The position numbers and the translations under genes were made by a program. Source: an uncultured bacterium (GTDB lineage Bacteria; Zixibacteria; MSB-5A5; JAABVY01; JAHJOQ01). From it: a stretch of DNA of 64,000 nucleotides. Positions 19,901-28,217 of the stretch are shown piece by piece. Location of the stretch: the NCBI GenBank assembly GCA_965369655.1, contig CBDUQR010000001.1, positions 78,070 to 142,069 on the forward strand. Reading direction: 5' to 3'. Under the pieces are notes generated by a model. It was given only the letters and a program-made list of their open reading frames with translations, did not search any database and was not told the DNA's origin. Numbering within the stretch: the first letter of the stretch is position 1; every line of letters begins with the position of its first letter.

Positions 19901-20712
19901 TGAGACCACTATTGACACTCATATTACTTGTTGCGCCTGTCACGGCTGCATTTGCAGCTTTCGATCAACCGTCTGCATCACCGCTGCTCGCATCATGCGG
20001 GGAAACGCCTGCGAATGTCGGATTTCCCGCCGCGACGATGTCACTCTGTCCCGCGCTGATCACTCGGTCGGCTGGAATGTTTGTCGAACTGTCGGCTCAA
20101 AGGCTCTACTCGCTGCCGGAACTTGACAGCTATAATGCGGCGATTGCGTATAGCAAAGGACGATTCGCTATCGGCGGCAGCTTTAATTCTATCGGAGCGA
20201 ACGACCTGTATCTCGAAACATCGCTGGAGTTTCACGCTGCTGCAAGTCTCACCCGTTTTCTCAGTATAGGCGGAACTCTGTCCTATAGGCGAGTCGATAT
20301 AGCCGAAGGATATAGCAGCTTGAGCAGTCTCTCGTCAGGCGTCGGTCTAACCACCGAGTTGTCGGATCAATTACTCGCATACGCCACGATCGAAAATCCA
20401 TTCGAACCGGAGATTGCCGCAGGTACAAAGATTCGCAGGCAATTCAGGTCGGGAATCGTGCTGGCAGGTTTTGAGAAAGTCAACTTCGCGATGGGTATCA
20501 GTCTGCGCTCAGGTAATCATATAAGATACCATCTCGGAGAGACATACAGGTTGTCGGATGCGTTCACTATCTCTGGCGGCATCATGACAGCCCCATTTGT
20601 CCCGTCGCTCGGATGCAGCTTCTCATTCAATATATTTGCTCTCTCCTATGCTTACAGGTATCATCCCGATCTCGGGGGGACCCATGTCTGGGGAATCTCG
20701 CTGTCGAGGTGA
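19897..20712 (+). CDS. predicted outer-membrane beta-barrel protein (possibly PorP/SprF-like)
   Basis: Signal peptide MMRPLLTLILLVAPVTAAFA, with alternating amphipathic beta-strand-like segments and a C-terminal aromatic-rich strand. The start overlaps the stop of the LTD gene. The family call is an inference from gene neighbourhood. Confidence 0.35.
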   Translation: MMRPLLTLILLVAPVTAAFAAFDQPSASPLLASCGETPANVGFPAATMSLCPALITRSAGMFVELSAQRLYSLPELDSYNAAIAYSKGRFAIGGSFNSIGANDLYLETSLEFHAAASLTRFLSIGGTLSYRRVDIAEGYSSLSSLSSGVGLTTELSDQLLAYATIENPFEPEIAAGTKIRRQFRSGIVLAGFEKVNFAMGISLRSGNHIRYHLGETYRLSDAFTISGGIMTAPFVPSLGCSFSFNIFALSYAYRYHPDLGGTHVWGISLSR

Positions 20713-20755
20713 CAGGAAGCTTGGCTATCGACAAATAGAGAGTATATTATAGTAC

Positions 20756-21934
20756 ATGAGTCCATTGAAAGACATTCTCAACTCGCGCCTGCGGATCGAG
20801 AAGACCGAAAAGGAGACCCTCGCGCCGTATGCCGCTCTGAGCGGCGAGTCGAGAGGCAGACGATATCCGGAGGAAGATCATCCCTTTCGGACAGGGTTCC
20901 AGCGCGACAGAGACCGGGTCATTCACTCCGCCGCTTTCAGGAGGCTGGAGTACAAGACGCAGGTGTTCGTAAACAGCGAGGGCGATCACTTCCGCACAAG
21001 GCTGACTCACACGCTCGAGGTCGCACAGATTTCCCGAACGATAGCGCGAGGACTCAGGCTCAACGAAGACCTCGCCGAGACCATAGCGTTGGTCCACGAC
21101 CTTGGTCATACGCCGTTCGGTCACGCGGGAGAGAATATCCTGGACAGTCTGATGATGAAACACGCTGGCGGGAGTTTCAATCATAACAGGCAGAGCCTCA
21201 GAATCGTCGAGCATATCGAGCGGAGATACCCCGATTTCCCCGGGCTGAACCTGACCTACGAGACGAGAGAAGGTATAGTCAAACATGAGACGTCGTATGA
21301 TCTGCCCGAGGCGGATGACTACGAGCCGGATCTAAGCGCCACGCTTGAGGCACAGATAGTCAACTTCGCCGATGAAATCGCCTACAACTGCCACGATGTC
21401 GACGATGGTCTCTTCTCCGATATCCTTAAGCTCGATGACATTATGGATGTACCGCTCTGGCGTGAGCTTTATTTCCAATCGGAGAAACTTCACCCCGGCC
21501 TTTCCAGATCGAAGCGTCAGTTCCATGTCATACGAATGATGATAAACCGCGAGGTGACCGACGTAATCGACAGTTCCGCCGGACAACTCGACCAGATGAA
21601 TATCGAATCCCTTGACGATGTACGACGATGTAAGAATCGGCTGATGCTCTTCTCTGCCGAGCTTGTCGAACAGAACAATCGCCTGAAAGAATTCCTCTTG
21701 GAGAACATGTACCGGCATTGGAAATTGATCAGGATGACCGGGAAGGCTCACCGCATCATAACAGCCCTTTTCGAGGCGTACCTCGAAGAGCCTCGACAAC
21801 TTCCGCCAAGCTACAGCAGAAAGACCGAGGAGAGTTCGGTGACGCAGATCATCTGCGACTACATCGCCGGCATGACGGATCGTTTCGCGCTCCTCGAGTA
21901 CCGGCGGCTGTTCGATCCGAGCGAGCCGGTATGA
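20756..21934 (+). CDS. dgt: dGTP triphosphohydrolase-like HD-domain protein
   Basis: FQRDRDRVIHSAAFRRLEYKTQVF...HFRTRLTHTLEVAQI...VHDLGHTPFGHAGE are canonical dGTPase motifs. Confidence 0.8.
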   Translation: MSPLKDILNSRLRIEKTEKETLAPYAALSGESRGRRYPEEDHPFRTGFQRDRDRVIHSAAFRRLEYKTQVFVNSEGDHFRTRLTHTLEVAQISRTIARGLRLNEDLAETIALVHDLGHTPFGHAGENILDSLMMKHAGGSFNHNRQSLRIVEHIERRYPDFPGLNLTYETREGIVKHETSYDLPEADDYEPDLSATLEAQIVNFADEIAYNCHDVDDGLFSDILKLDDIMDVPLWRELYFQSEKLHPGLSRSKRQFHVIRMMINREVTDVIDSSAGQLDQMNIESLDDVRRCKNRLMLFSAELVEQNNRLKEFLLENMYRHWKLIRMTGKAHRIITALFEAYLEEPRQLPPSYSRKTEESSVTQIICDYIAGMTDRFALLEYRRLFDPSEPV

Positions 21935-22177
21935 TAAGATTGGATTGGCTGTCTGTATTGCATTAGTGTGAATCGCATTTCACATTCCTGAACCTTCTCC
22001 AACCCGTTCTCACTTCCCCTTGATGCTGTTCACTGCTTGAACACCTGGGCTTGCAGTATGTATTTCAAAGAGTTGAGTCCTGATCATATCCGCTAAAAGC
22101 CAGCCCCAACTTCTAAGAGTATTGGGCACACGCGTTGCTCGACTATCTGAATGCGACAACACAATCAGGAGACATCA

Positions 22178-22554
22178 TGGAATGCTACTTCACATCCAAT
22201 CTGATTGATTCGGAATCAGACAATCACAACGCTTTGCTCTCGTTCGCTGTGCCGGAATACGGGATAGTGTTCAGGGCGCAGTTCTCCGGGAAAGAGACAG
22301 AGTGCGAATATGCTTCTCTCTTGAGTCTTCTTGAATTCGTCGAGATAAACCCTCAGCTTTTCAAGAACAAGACAGTCGAAATATACGGTGACAGCACTAT
22401 CGTGGTGAATCAGGTAAATGACAAGATGTATTGCAACAAGCAGCTCGAACCATTTCGCAAGATGGCTCAGTTGTTCAGAAAGAAAATACCATACGTTCTT
22501 AATTATATCCCACCCAAAGAAAACCCGGCCCAGAAGGATATCGCCGCGCCATAG
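22178..22554 (+). CDS. orphan RNase H-like (RVT_3-type) small protein
   Basis: YGIVFRAQFSGKETECEYASLLSLLEFVEIN...VEIYGDSTIVVNQVN...YIPPKENPAQKDIA lines up with the RNase HI core (E, D-S, ...ENxxAD). The first catalytic Asp position reads TSN instead of TDGS. The start at 22178 has caGGAGacatc upstream. The track ORF starts at 22135. Confidence 0.45.
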
Positions 22555-22560
22555 CTTCAC

Positions 22561-22652
22561 GGCTCCAGACAGAGCACGGTGGACGGCAGACGACCCCGCA
22601 AAGTCCTGAGTCTCGAAGGGCAAGTCCTGAGCTTCGAAGGATCTGCCCCTTT
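22561..22652. repeat. Y repeat module (copy E) with an internal 21-bp tandem duplication
   Basis: ggctccagacagagcacggtggacggcagacg... parallels 37113-37179. agtcctgagtctcgaagggca (22602-22622) is followed by agtcctgagcttcgaaggatc (22623-22643). Confidence 0.7.
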
Positions 22653-22680
22653 TCAGTCACAGTTGAATCGGCAGATGTGG

Positions 22681-22846
22681 AGAGGTAGTCTCAAAAGTAG
22701 GTCGTGTTCCGAACACGAGACACGAGTGTGAGAAACGCGACAAATATATCTTGTTGAACTACAGTCGGGTTTCTTGCAGGCTCCGCCTGCTGCGGAACAC
22801 CGACCTACTGAAGAACAGACCTTTTGGGACAGCCTCTGGACATCTG
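22681..22846. mobile_element. MITE-like 166-bp insert (copy E) in the palindrome, opposite orientation, with a gg/gg duplication
   Basis: Flanked by ggcagatgtgg (22670-22680) and ggacatctgcc (22847-22857). The termini are agaggtagtctc ... gggacagcctct. An internal inverted repeat gtaggtcgtgttccg / cggaacaccgacctac is present. Confidence 0.55.
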
Positions 22847-22950
22847 CCGAGCACGTGCTCGCAATGACAGCTTTATTTAAGTAGCTTCACTCAGTCATCC
22901 GGTGTTCAAATTCGATTGACTTCGACTGGGCGCCGCTCTACTATTCTGTT

Positions 22951-23997
22951 ATGGCTCAGGATCCGAAGAGCAAACTCGGACTGGAGGAGATGTGTGCCGC
23001 TATCGAAAAGGGCAGGATCGACCCGGTCTATTTCCTGAACGGCAGCGAAGAGTATCTCAAGATCGAGGTGCTGGCACTGCTCCGGCGCCAGTTGTTTGGC
23101 GACGCGAAGGCTTCGGCGAATGTCGAGCGAATAACGGCAACCTCCGGCTCAGCACAGACTATTGCAGACCTCGTGTCAGACTACTCGCTATTCAGCGGCG
23201 GGCGACTCGTGATTGTTTATGATATTCAAAAACTATCGCCCAAGGGTCAGGAAACGCTCATCCCATCTCTGTCGTCCATACCGCAGGGCAATCATCTCGT
23301 GATCTTCGGCCCGCCATCGTTTGATCGTCGCAGGAAACTATTCAAGTACCTTGCGCAGAATACAACATGGGCAACCCTGCTGCCACTTAGCGAGAAATCC
23401 GCGCCATACTGGATCAAACGCAGGTTCAAGCAGCACGGCATTGCGATCTCTCAGCCCGCTGTCGATAAGCTGCTCAGATTCGTCGGGCATTCCTACGGCC
23501 TTCTCGCCACTCAGATCGACAAACTCGCAATCGCATTCTCAGGCAAAGAGGAAATCGAGGTTGCAGATATCGAGAGCCATACCGCAGCCGCCGCGGAATA
23601 TGACGTGTTCCGGCTTCTCAATGCTGTCGGGAAGAATGATCGTCCGAGGTCGCTCGAAGCACTCAACCGACTCCTCGAACGATCCGACGGCGTCGGTTCT
23701 GTCCTGTACTGGCTTGCCGAAACGAATTTCCAGAACTTCTACATAGAGTGCAACAAGGAGAAAATGTCGAGATCGGAGCTATCCTCTCGCCTTCGCGTTT
23801 CGCCGAAAAAACTGAATTGGCTGCTCCGCGAGTCATCCAGACATCCAGTCGGATATTACGAAGAATCCATCAGGTCGATCACCGAGGCGGAGATATCGAT
23901 AAGGTTCGATCAAATTCCACCTCGGATCATACTCGAAAGCCTGATAATTTCTCTGACGGCGCAGAACGACGGGAATAAACAAGCCGGGCGATTGTAA
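22951..23997 (+). CDS. holA: DNA polymerase III delta subunit
   Basis: The N-terminus (ID)PVYFLNGSEEYLKIEVLALL has the typical holA length (348 aa) and motif layout. Confidence 0.7.
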   Translation: MAQDPKSKLGLEEMCAAIEKGRIDPVYFLNGSEEYLKIEVLALLRRQLFGDAKASANVERITATSGSAQTIADLVSDYSLFSGGRLVIVYDIQKLSPKGQETLIPSLSSIPQGNHLVIFGPPSFDRRRKLFKYLAQNTTWATLLPLSEKSAPYWIKRRFKQHGIAISQPAVDKLLRFVGHSYGLLATQIDKLAIAFSGKEEIEVADIESHTAAAAEYDVFRLLNAVGKNDRPRSLEALNRLLERSDGVGSVLYWLAETNFQNFYIECNKEKMSRSELSSRLRVSPKKLNWLLRESSRHPVGYYEESIRSITEAEISIRFDQIPPRIILESLIISLTAQNDGNKQAGRL

Positions 23998-23999
23998 GG

Positions 24000-24575
24000 A
24001 TGAAGACGGAATCGGCACGAGAGAGTCGACCTGACGAATCTGCTCTCATCGGCAAGGCAAGAAAAGGCGACAAGGAAGCTTTCTCGCAACTGGTAAGGCT
24101 GCATCAGAAGCGTATCTATTACCTCGTTTACCGATTCTGCAGGGATCATGACGCCGCCGATGATCTTGCTCAGGAAACGTTTGTGAAGGCGTATATGGCA
24201 CTCGATTCGTTTCGCGAGGAATTCAGGTTTTCGAGCTGGATTTCGACAATCGCCACAAACCTCGCGCTGAATCATCTCAGGCGTCAGAAACGCCAGGTGT
24301 CGACTGAGGATTATCCGATCGAGGAGATCATTGCCGATCCCAACCCGGGGGCGGATCCGGCAAGGAGGCTGGCCGACAAGGAGATCATGGCCAAACTTGA
24401 CGATGAAGTCGACAAACTGCCACCGGAGTTCAAGGCGGTGTTCGTGCTGAGGATGCACGAGGAACTCAGTTACGAAGATATCGCGGGAAGACTCGGCATA
24501 GAAATCGGGACTGTGATGTCGCGACTCTACCGCGCGCGGACAAGGCTGAAGAAAGCGCTGGAGGAATACCTGTGA
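24000..24575 (+). CDS. ECF-type RNA polymerase sigma factor (sigma-24 family)
   Basis: Region 2 (AFSQLVRLHQKRIYYLVYRFCRDHDAADDLAQETFVKAY) and region 4 (LSYEDIAGRLGIEIGTVMSRLYRARTRLK). Confidence 0.8.
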   Translation: MKTESARESRPDESALIGKARKGDKEAFSQLVRLHQKRIYYLVYRFCRDHDAADDLAQETFVKAYMALDSFREEFRFSSWISTIATNLALNHLRRQKRQVSTEDYPIEEIIADPNPGADPARRLADKEIMAKLDDEVDKLPPEFKAVFVLRMHEELSYEDIAGRLGIEIGTVMSRLYRARTRLKKALEEYL

Positions 24576-25798
24576 GCGAGATCAATCACGATCAGTTCGA
24601 GGCCTGGATAAACAGGTATCTCGACGGCGAACTCACGGACAATGAGTTCGAGCAATATCTCCGGAGCTTCGATGCAAGTCTCGACCTTGAGAAACTCAGA
24701 CTGCTGAGGACTCGCATCGAGAGGATCGAGGAGCTATACAGGCAGATCGAGGAACCGGCTGTCCCGGATGGCTACTGGGATGAGTTTGCGGATCGAGTCA
24801 CCGCAAGACTTTCACCAGACACCCGGCCATCACTGAAGGATAGAATCCTCGCTTTGTTTTCTCCCAGCCGATGGCCCAACGCAACTTACAGGTATGCTGG
24901 CGCTGTCGCATCGGTGCTGGTCGTGTTCCTGATCGGCAAATCTTTGATGAAGAGCGGAAGCGATGAGTATATGCCACATGATTTTCCTGCGGCAATAGTT
25001 GAGCAGCTTCCACCGTCATCAAGCAAACAGGTCTCCGATGACAAACGAGGGGATATCGAAAGCGTAGTAGAAGCAGAACCTAAACAGGTGATCGAGCATG
25101 CTGAGCAGCAGGACGATGAATCAGAGCCTGTCCAGCCCGCGATATCCATAGCGTCCGAGGCACTGAAGAAATCGAGTTCGGAGATTCGCGATGAAATGAC
25201 AGGCGCAGACGACATCGTGGTTGAGTCAGATATGGAAATCGAAACGGGTGCCGCTCAGTCCGTCGTCGAAACATCGGCACCGAGCGAATCCATAGAAGAT
25301 CTCGTACCACCGTCAGTCGATGCAGTAGTACCGCAGTCATTAACCGAAGAATCAAAGATCGAACCGCTCGCGATTTCGCTCGAAGAACCGGAGGAAAAGG
25401 TTGTTGCAGACAAGATTGAGCGGCGCTCAGAAACAGACAAATCGCTTACATATATGAAAACAAGCGCAGTTGAATCGGACATAGAGCCATCCGCCGTATC
25501 AGTGGACAGAGGACGCACTGCCTGGAATTATGACAACTGGGATCTCGACAGCCTGCGTGCGCAACTGAGCCTATATGAAGAACTCCCGGCCGATTCATTG
25601 TCTGCAGACTCTGCGTTCATCGAGATTGCAGAAATCAAGTCGTCGATTGCGTTCATAACCCGCGACTCCACAGATGTTTACGATGCAATCTGCGCGATCG
25701 ACTCACTACTTATCCACAACCCCGACGCAGACACTCAGAGATGGACCGTGAGACGGGCGCATCTCGATAGAATCCTCGAAAATCTTAATAACAGGTAG
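24572..25798 (+). CDS. putative anti-sigma factor (single-pass membrane protein, acidic periplasmic region)
   Basis: Translationally coupled to the ECF sigma gene (ATGA overlap). N-terminal helical anti-sigma-like region, a TM helix (YAGAVASVLVVFLIGKSL), and a long Asp/Glu/Ser-rich segment. Confidence 0.5.
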   Translation: MSEINHDQFEAWINRYLDGELTDNEFEQYLRSFDASLDLEKLRLLRTRIERIEELYRQIEEPAVPDGYWDEFADRVTARLSPDTRPSLKDRILALFSPSRWPNATYRYAGAVASVLVVFLIGKSLMKSGSDEYMPHDFPAAIVEQLPPSSSKQVSDDKRGDIESVVEAEPKQVIEHAEQQDDESEPVQPAISIASEALKKSSSEIRDEMTGADDIVVESDMEIETGAAQSVVETSAPSESIEDLVPPSVDAVVPQSLTEESKIEPLAISLEEPEEKVVADKIERRSETDKSLTYMKTSAVESDIEPSAVSVDRGRTAWNYDNWDLDSLRAQLSLYEELPADSLSADSAFIEIAEIKSSIAFITRDSTDVYDAICAIDSLLIHNPDADTQRWTVRRAHLDRILENLNNR

Positions 25799-25865
25799 AT
25801 TCTCGGGAATATTGCTCCCTCCCATTTGTAATTTTAGCAGAAGACAAATTCAATGGGAGGTCAAA

Positions 25866-28136
25866 ATGGCTCGGCTAATCTCAGCAAAACTGATCGCAAT
25901 TCTCGCGGCACTGACATTTTGCAGCAATGCTTTCGGTATCATTATTGTCGAACGCAGGAACCCGAACGACAGATTCATCAGCCTCAAACAGCAGCATGTC
26001 GATGTATCGATAGTCGATGGCGTTTCTAAAACGACAATCGAGCAGGTGTTCCACAACAGCGCCTCACGGCAACTCGAGGGAACGTATCTGTTCCCCATAC
26101 CCGAAGGGGCGTCGGTCTCGAATTTCACGATGATGATCGGCGGCGTCGAGGTCAAGGGCGAGATTCTCCCCAAGGATGAGGCTGCTCGCAAGTATCACGA
26201 CATAGTCCGTCGGATGCGGGACCCCGGACTGCTCGAATACGTCGGAAAAGACCTGTTTCAGGCGCGAGTCTACCCGATTCCTCCTCACGGAGATGTCGCA
26301 ATCAAAGTCCACTATCAGCAGGTGCTGCCTTATGACAATGGTCTCGTGACATACAGGTTCACTTCTGAGGACCCGAAATTCTACAGCGCACCGATTAGGG
26401 ACTACCGACTCAATATCGATATCCAGTCCAAGACCGAAATCAAGGCTGTCTATTCTCCTACGCACAATGTCGAGATCGACAGGCCGGACAATCGAAACGC
26501 GGATGTCCTTCTGACAAGAAACGACCTGTCGCGCACGAAGGATTTCGTGCTCTACTACACTGTGTCCAACAAGGATTTCGGGCTGAGCCTGTTGACATAT
26601 TTCGATCCGGATGAGAAACAGGGCTATTTCGTGGGACTGATCGCTCCGGATCTTGCGCAGAGCGAAAAGACGCGAACACAGAAGAACGTACTCTTTGTTC
26701 TCGATGTCTCAGGATCGATGTCGGGCGAGAAGATCGAACAGGCGAAACAGGCTCTACAGTTCTGTCTCAATTCTCTCGACAGGAACGACCGTTTCTCGAT
26801 AGTCAGCTATTCGGATATTGTAGATCGATTCTCCGACAGGATGATTCCGGCGACGCGCGACAACATAAGAAATGCACAGCAGTATGTCGACCGGCTAAGG
26901 GCTGCCGGAGGGACTGACATAAACGGAGCGCTCACTGAGGCAATGTCAATCGAGGGCGCGAGGGCGTATGCCGACTATATTATCTTCCTCACCGATGGTG
27001 AGCCGACTGTCGGCGAGACGAATCCGAAGAGGATCGCCGAGAATATCAGGGCGGCGAATATCAACAATTGGAAAGTCTTCTGCTTCGGCGTTGGGTATGA
27101 TGTCGATGTTGACCTTCTCGATCAACTCGCGTCAGATTCCAGAGCGGTAGCATCATACGTCAGGCCGGGCGAGGATGTCGAGGTCAAGGTATCGAACTTT
27201 TTCGCGAAGATCTCTAATCCAGCGATGACCGGGATCAGACTCGTCTGCGATGACAACAGGTTGTCACAGGTGTTTCCTCGCAACCTGCCCGATCTTTTCT
27301 ATGGCATGCAATTGGTCATTGCCGGCAGGTACGACAATCCGGGCGGCGCGACAATCAGGCTCGAAGGTTTCGTGCAGGGCAAACCCAAGACATACACATA
27401 CAGTGTCGAGTTGTCAGGTCGCGAGGGCGACGACGAACTGATCCCGCGTCAGTGGGCGATCAGGCGAATCGGCTTCCTGCTCGAAGAGATCAACGGCGGC
27501 GGTGAGAATATCGAACTGAAAGAGGAGATAGTCAGGCTGTCGAAGAAATACGGCATCGTGACGCCGTACACATCGTTCTTCGTGGATGAGCCCGCGCGCC
27601 AGTTCTATTCAAATGGCGCTGATATTCGGCGAGACATTATGGAGATGTCCAAACCGACAAATAACGTTGTAATTGCAGACAAGATGGCTCTTCCCTATGG
27701 GGAGAGAAAGAAAGCAGCCGTGGACCATTCGCAGTTCTTGACGACAATGTCGGGAAAGTCAATAATCGTTGAAACGGATGAGTTTATCCCGCAGGACGGT
27801 GAAGCTGGCTCGTATGCACCCGCCACTGCATTGGAAGAACAGGTGGCAGCGCAGGTCGGTTCGGCCAGACTCCGGCGACTAATCACGATCGGTGACAGGA
27901 CATTCCAGAGAATCGGTAACGTCCTGTACGACAGCAAGCTCGATGGTTCACAGGAGATATTCAAGATCATGATGTTCAGCGATGCATATTTCGAGCTGCT
28001 CGAATTGCGTCCTGAGATCGGCAAGTATCTTACGACTGGCGACGAGATCATACTTGCCGTCGGCGATATCGCAATCCATTTCAGCGAGGAGGGCGACGAC
28101 ACACTAAGCGACAAAGTGAAACAACTGGTAAGCTGA
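25866..28136 (+). CDS. VIT-domain plus von Willebrand factor A (vWA) domain protein
   Basis: Signal peptide MARLISAKLIAILAALTFCSNAFG. vWA MIDAS motif LFVLDVSGSMSGEKIEQAKQAL...FSIVSYSD. An N-terminal VIT-like region. The track ORF starts 18 codons earlier. Confidence 0.7.
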   Translation: MARLISAKLIAILAALTFCSNAFGIIIVERRNPNDRFISLKQQHVDVSIVDGVSKTTIEQVFHNSASRQLEGTYLFPIPEGASVSNFTMMIGGVEVKGEILPKDEAARKYHDIVRRMRDPGLLEYVGKDLFQARVYPIPPHGDVAIKVHYQQVLPYDNGLVTYRFTSEDPKFYSAPIRDYRLNIDIQSKTEIKAVYSPTHNVEIDRPDNRNADVLLTRNDLSRTKDFVLYYTVSNKDFGLSLLTYFDPDEKQGYFVGLIAPDLAQSEKTRTQKNVLFVLDVSGSMSGEKIEQAKQALQFCLNSLDRNDRFSIVSYSDIVDRFSDRMIPATRDNIRNAQQYVDRLRAAGGTDINGALTEAMSIEGARAYADYIIFLTDGEPTVGETNPKRIAENIRAANINNWKVFCFGVGYDVDVDLLDQLASDSRAVASYVRPGEDVEVKVSNFFAKISNPAMTGIRLVCDDNRLSQVFPRNLPDLFYGMQLVIAGRYDNPGGATIRLEGFVQGKPKTYTYSVELSGREGDDELIPRQWAIRRIGFLLEEINGGGENIELKEEIVRLSKKYGIVTPYTSFFVDEPARQFYSNGADIRRDIMEMSKPTNNVVIADKMALPYGERKKAAVDHSQFLTTMSGKSIIVETDEFIPQDGEAGSYAPATALEEQVAAQVGSARLRRLITIGDRTFQRIGNVLYDSKLDGSQEIFKIMMFSDAYFELLELRPEIGKYLTTGDEIILAVGDIAIHFSEEGDDTLSDKVKQLVS

Positions 28137-28154
28137 CATATCCTCCGGGCTATG

Positions 28155-28185
28155 AAGGGCGCCTCAATCAGGCGCCCTTTTTGTT
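28155..28185 (+). terminator. Rho-independent terminator after the VIT-vWA gene
   Basis: aagggcgcc-tcaatca-ggcgccctt followed by ttttg. Confidence 0.6.
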
Positions 28186-28186
28186 A

Positions 28187-28214
28187 TTGACATCGAATCG
28201 CCGCCGGTTATTAT
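28187..28214 (+). promoter_or_regulatory. sigma-70-like promoter (TTGACA, 16-bp spacer, TATTAT) directly abutting the pcm start codon
   Basis: TTGACA at 28187-28192 and TATTAT at 28209-28214. The pcm ATG at 28218 has no SD, which fits a leaderless transcript. Confidence 0.35.
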
Positions 28215-28217
28215 TCA

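Noticed and set aside
20756-21934. dGTPase (dgt) as a nucleotide-depletion defence gene
   Set aside because: dGTPases can be defensive, but this one has core-genome G+C and canonical Dgt motifs, and it sits among housekeeping genes. Without further evidence it is the housekeeping paralogue.
22216-22623. Minus-strand ORF 22216-22623 (135 aa) and plus-strand ORF 22418-22609 overlapping the RNase H-like gene and repeat module Y
   Set aside because: They are antisense to, or frame-shifted from, the better-supported 22178-22554 gene, which has an SD and recognisable RNase H motifs. Their 3' parts lie in the repeat.
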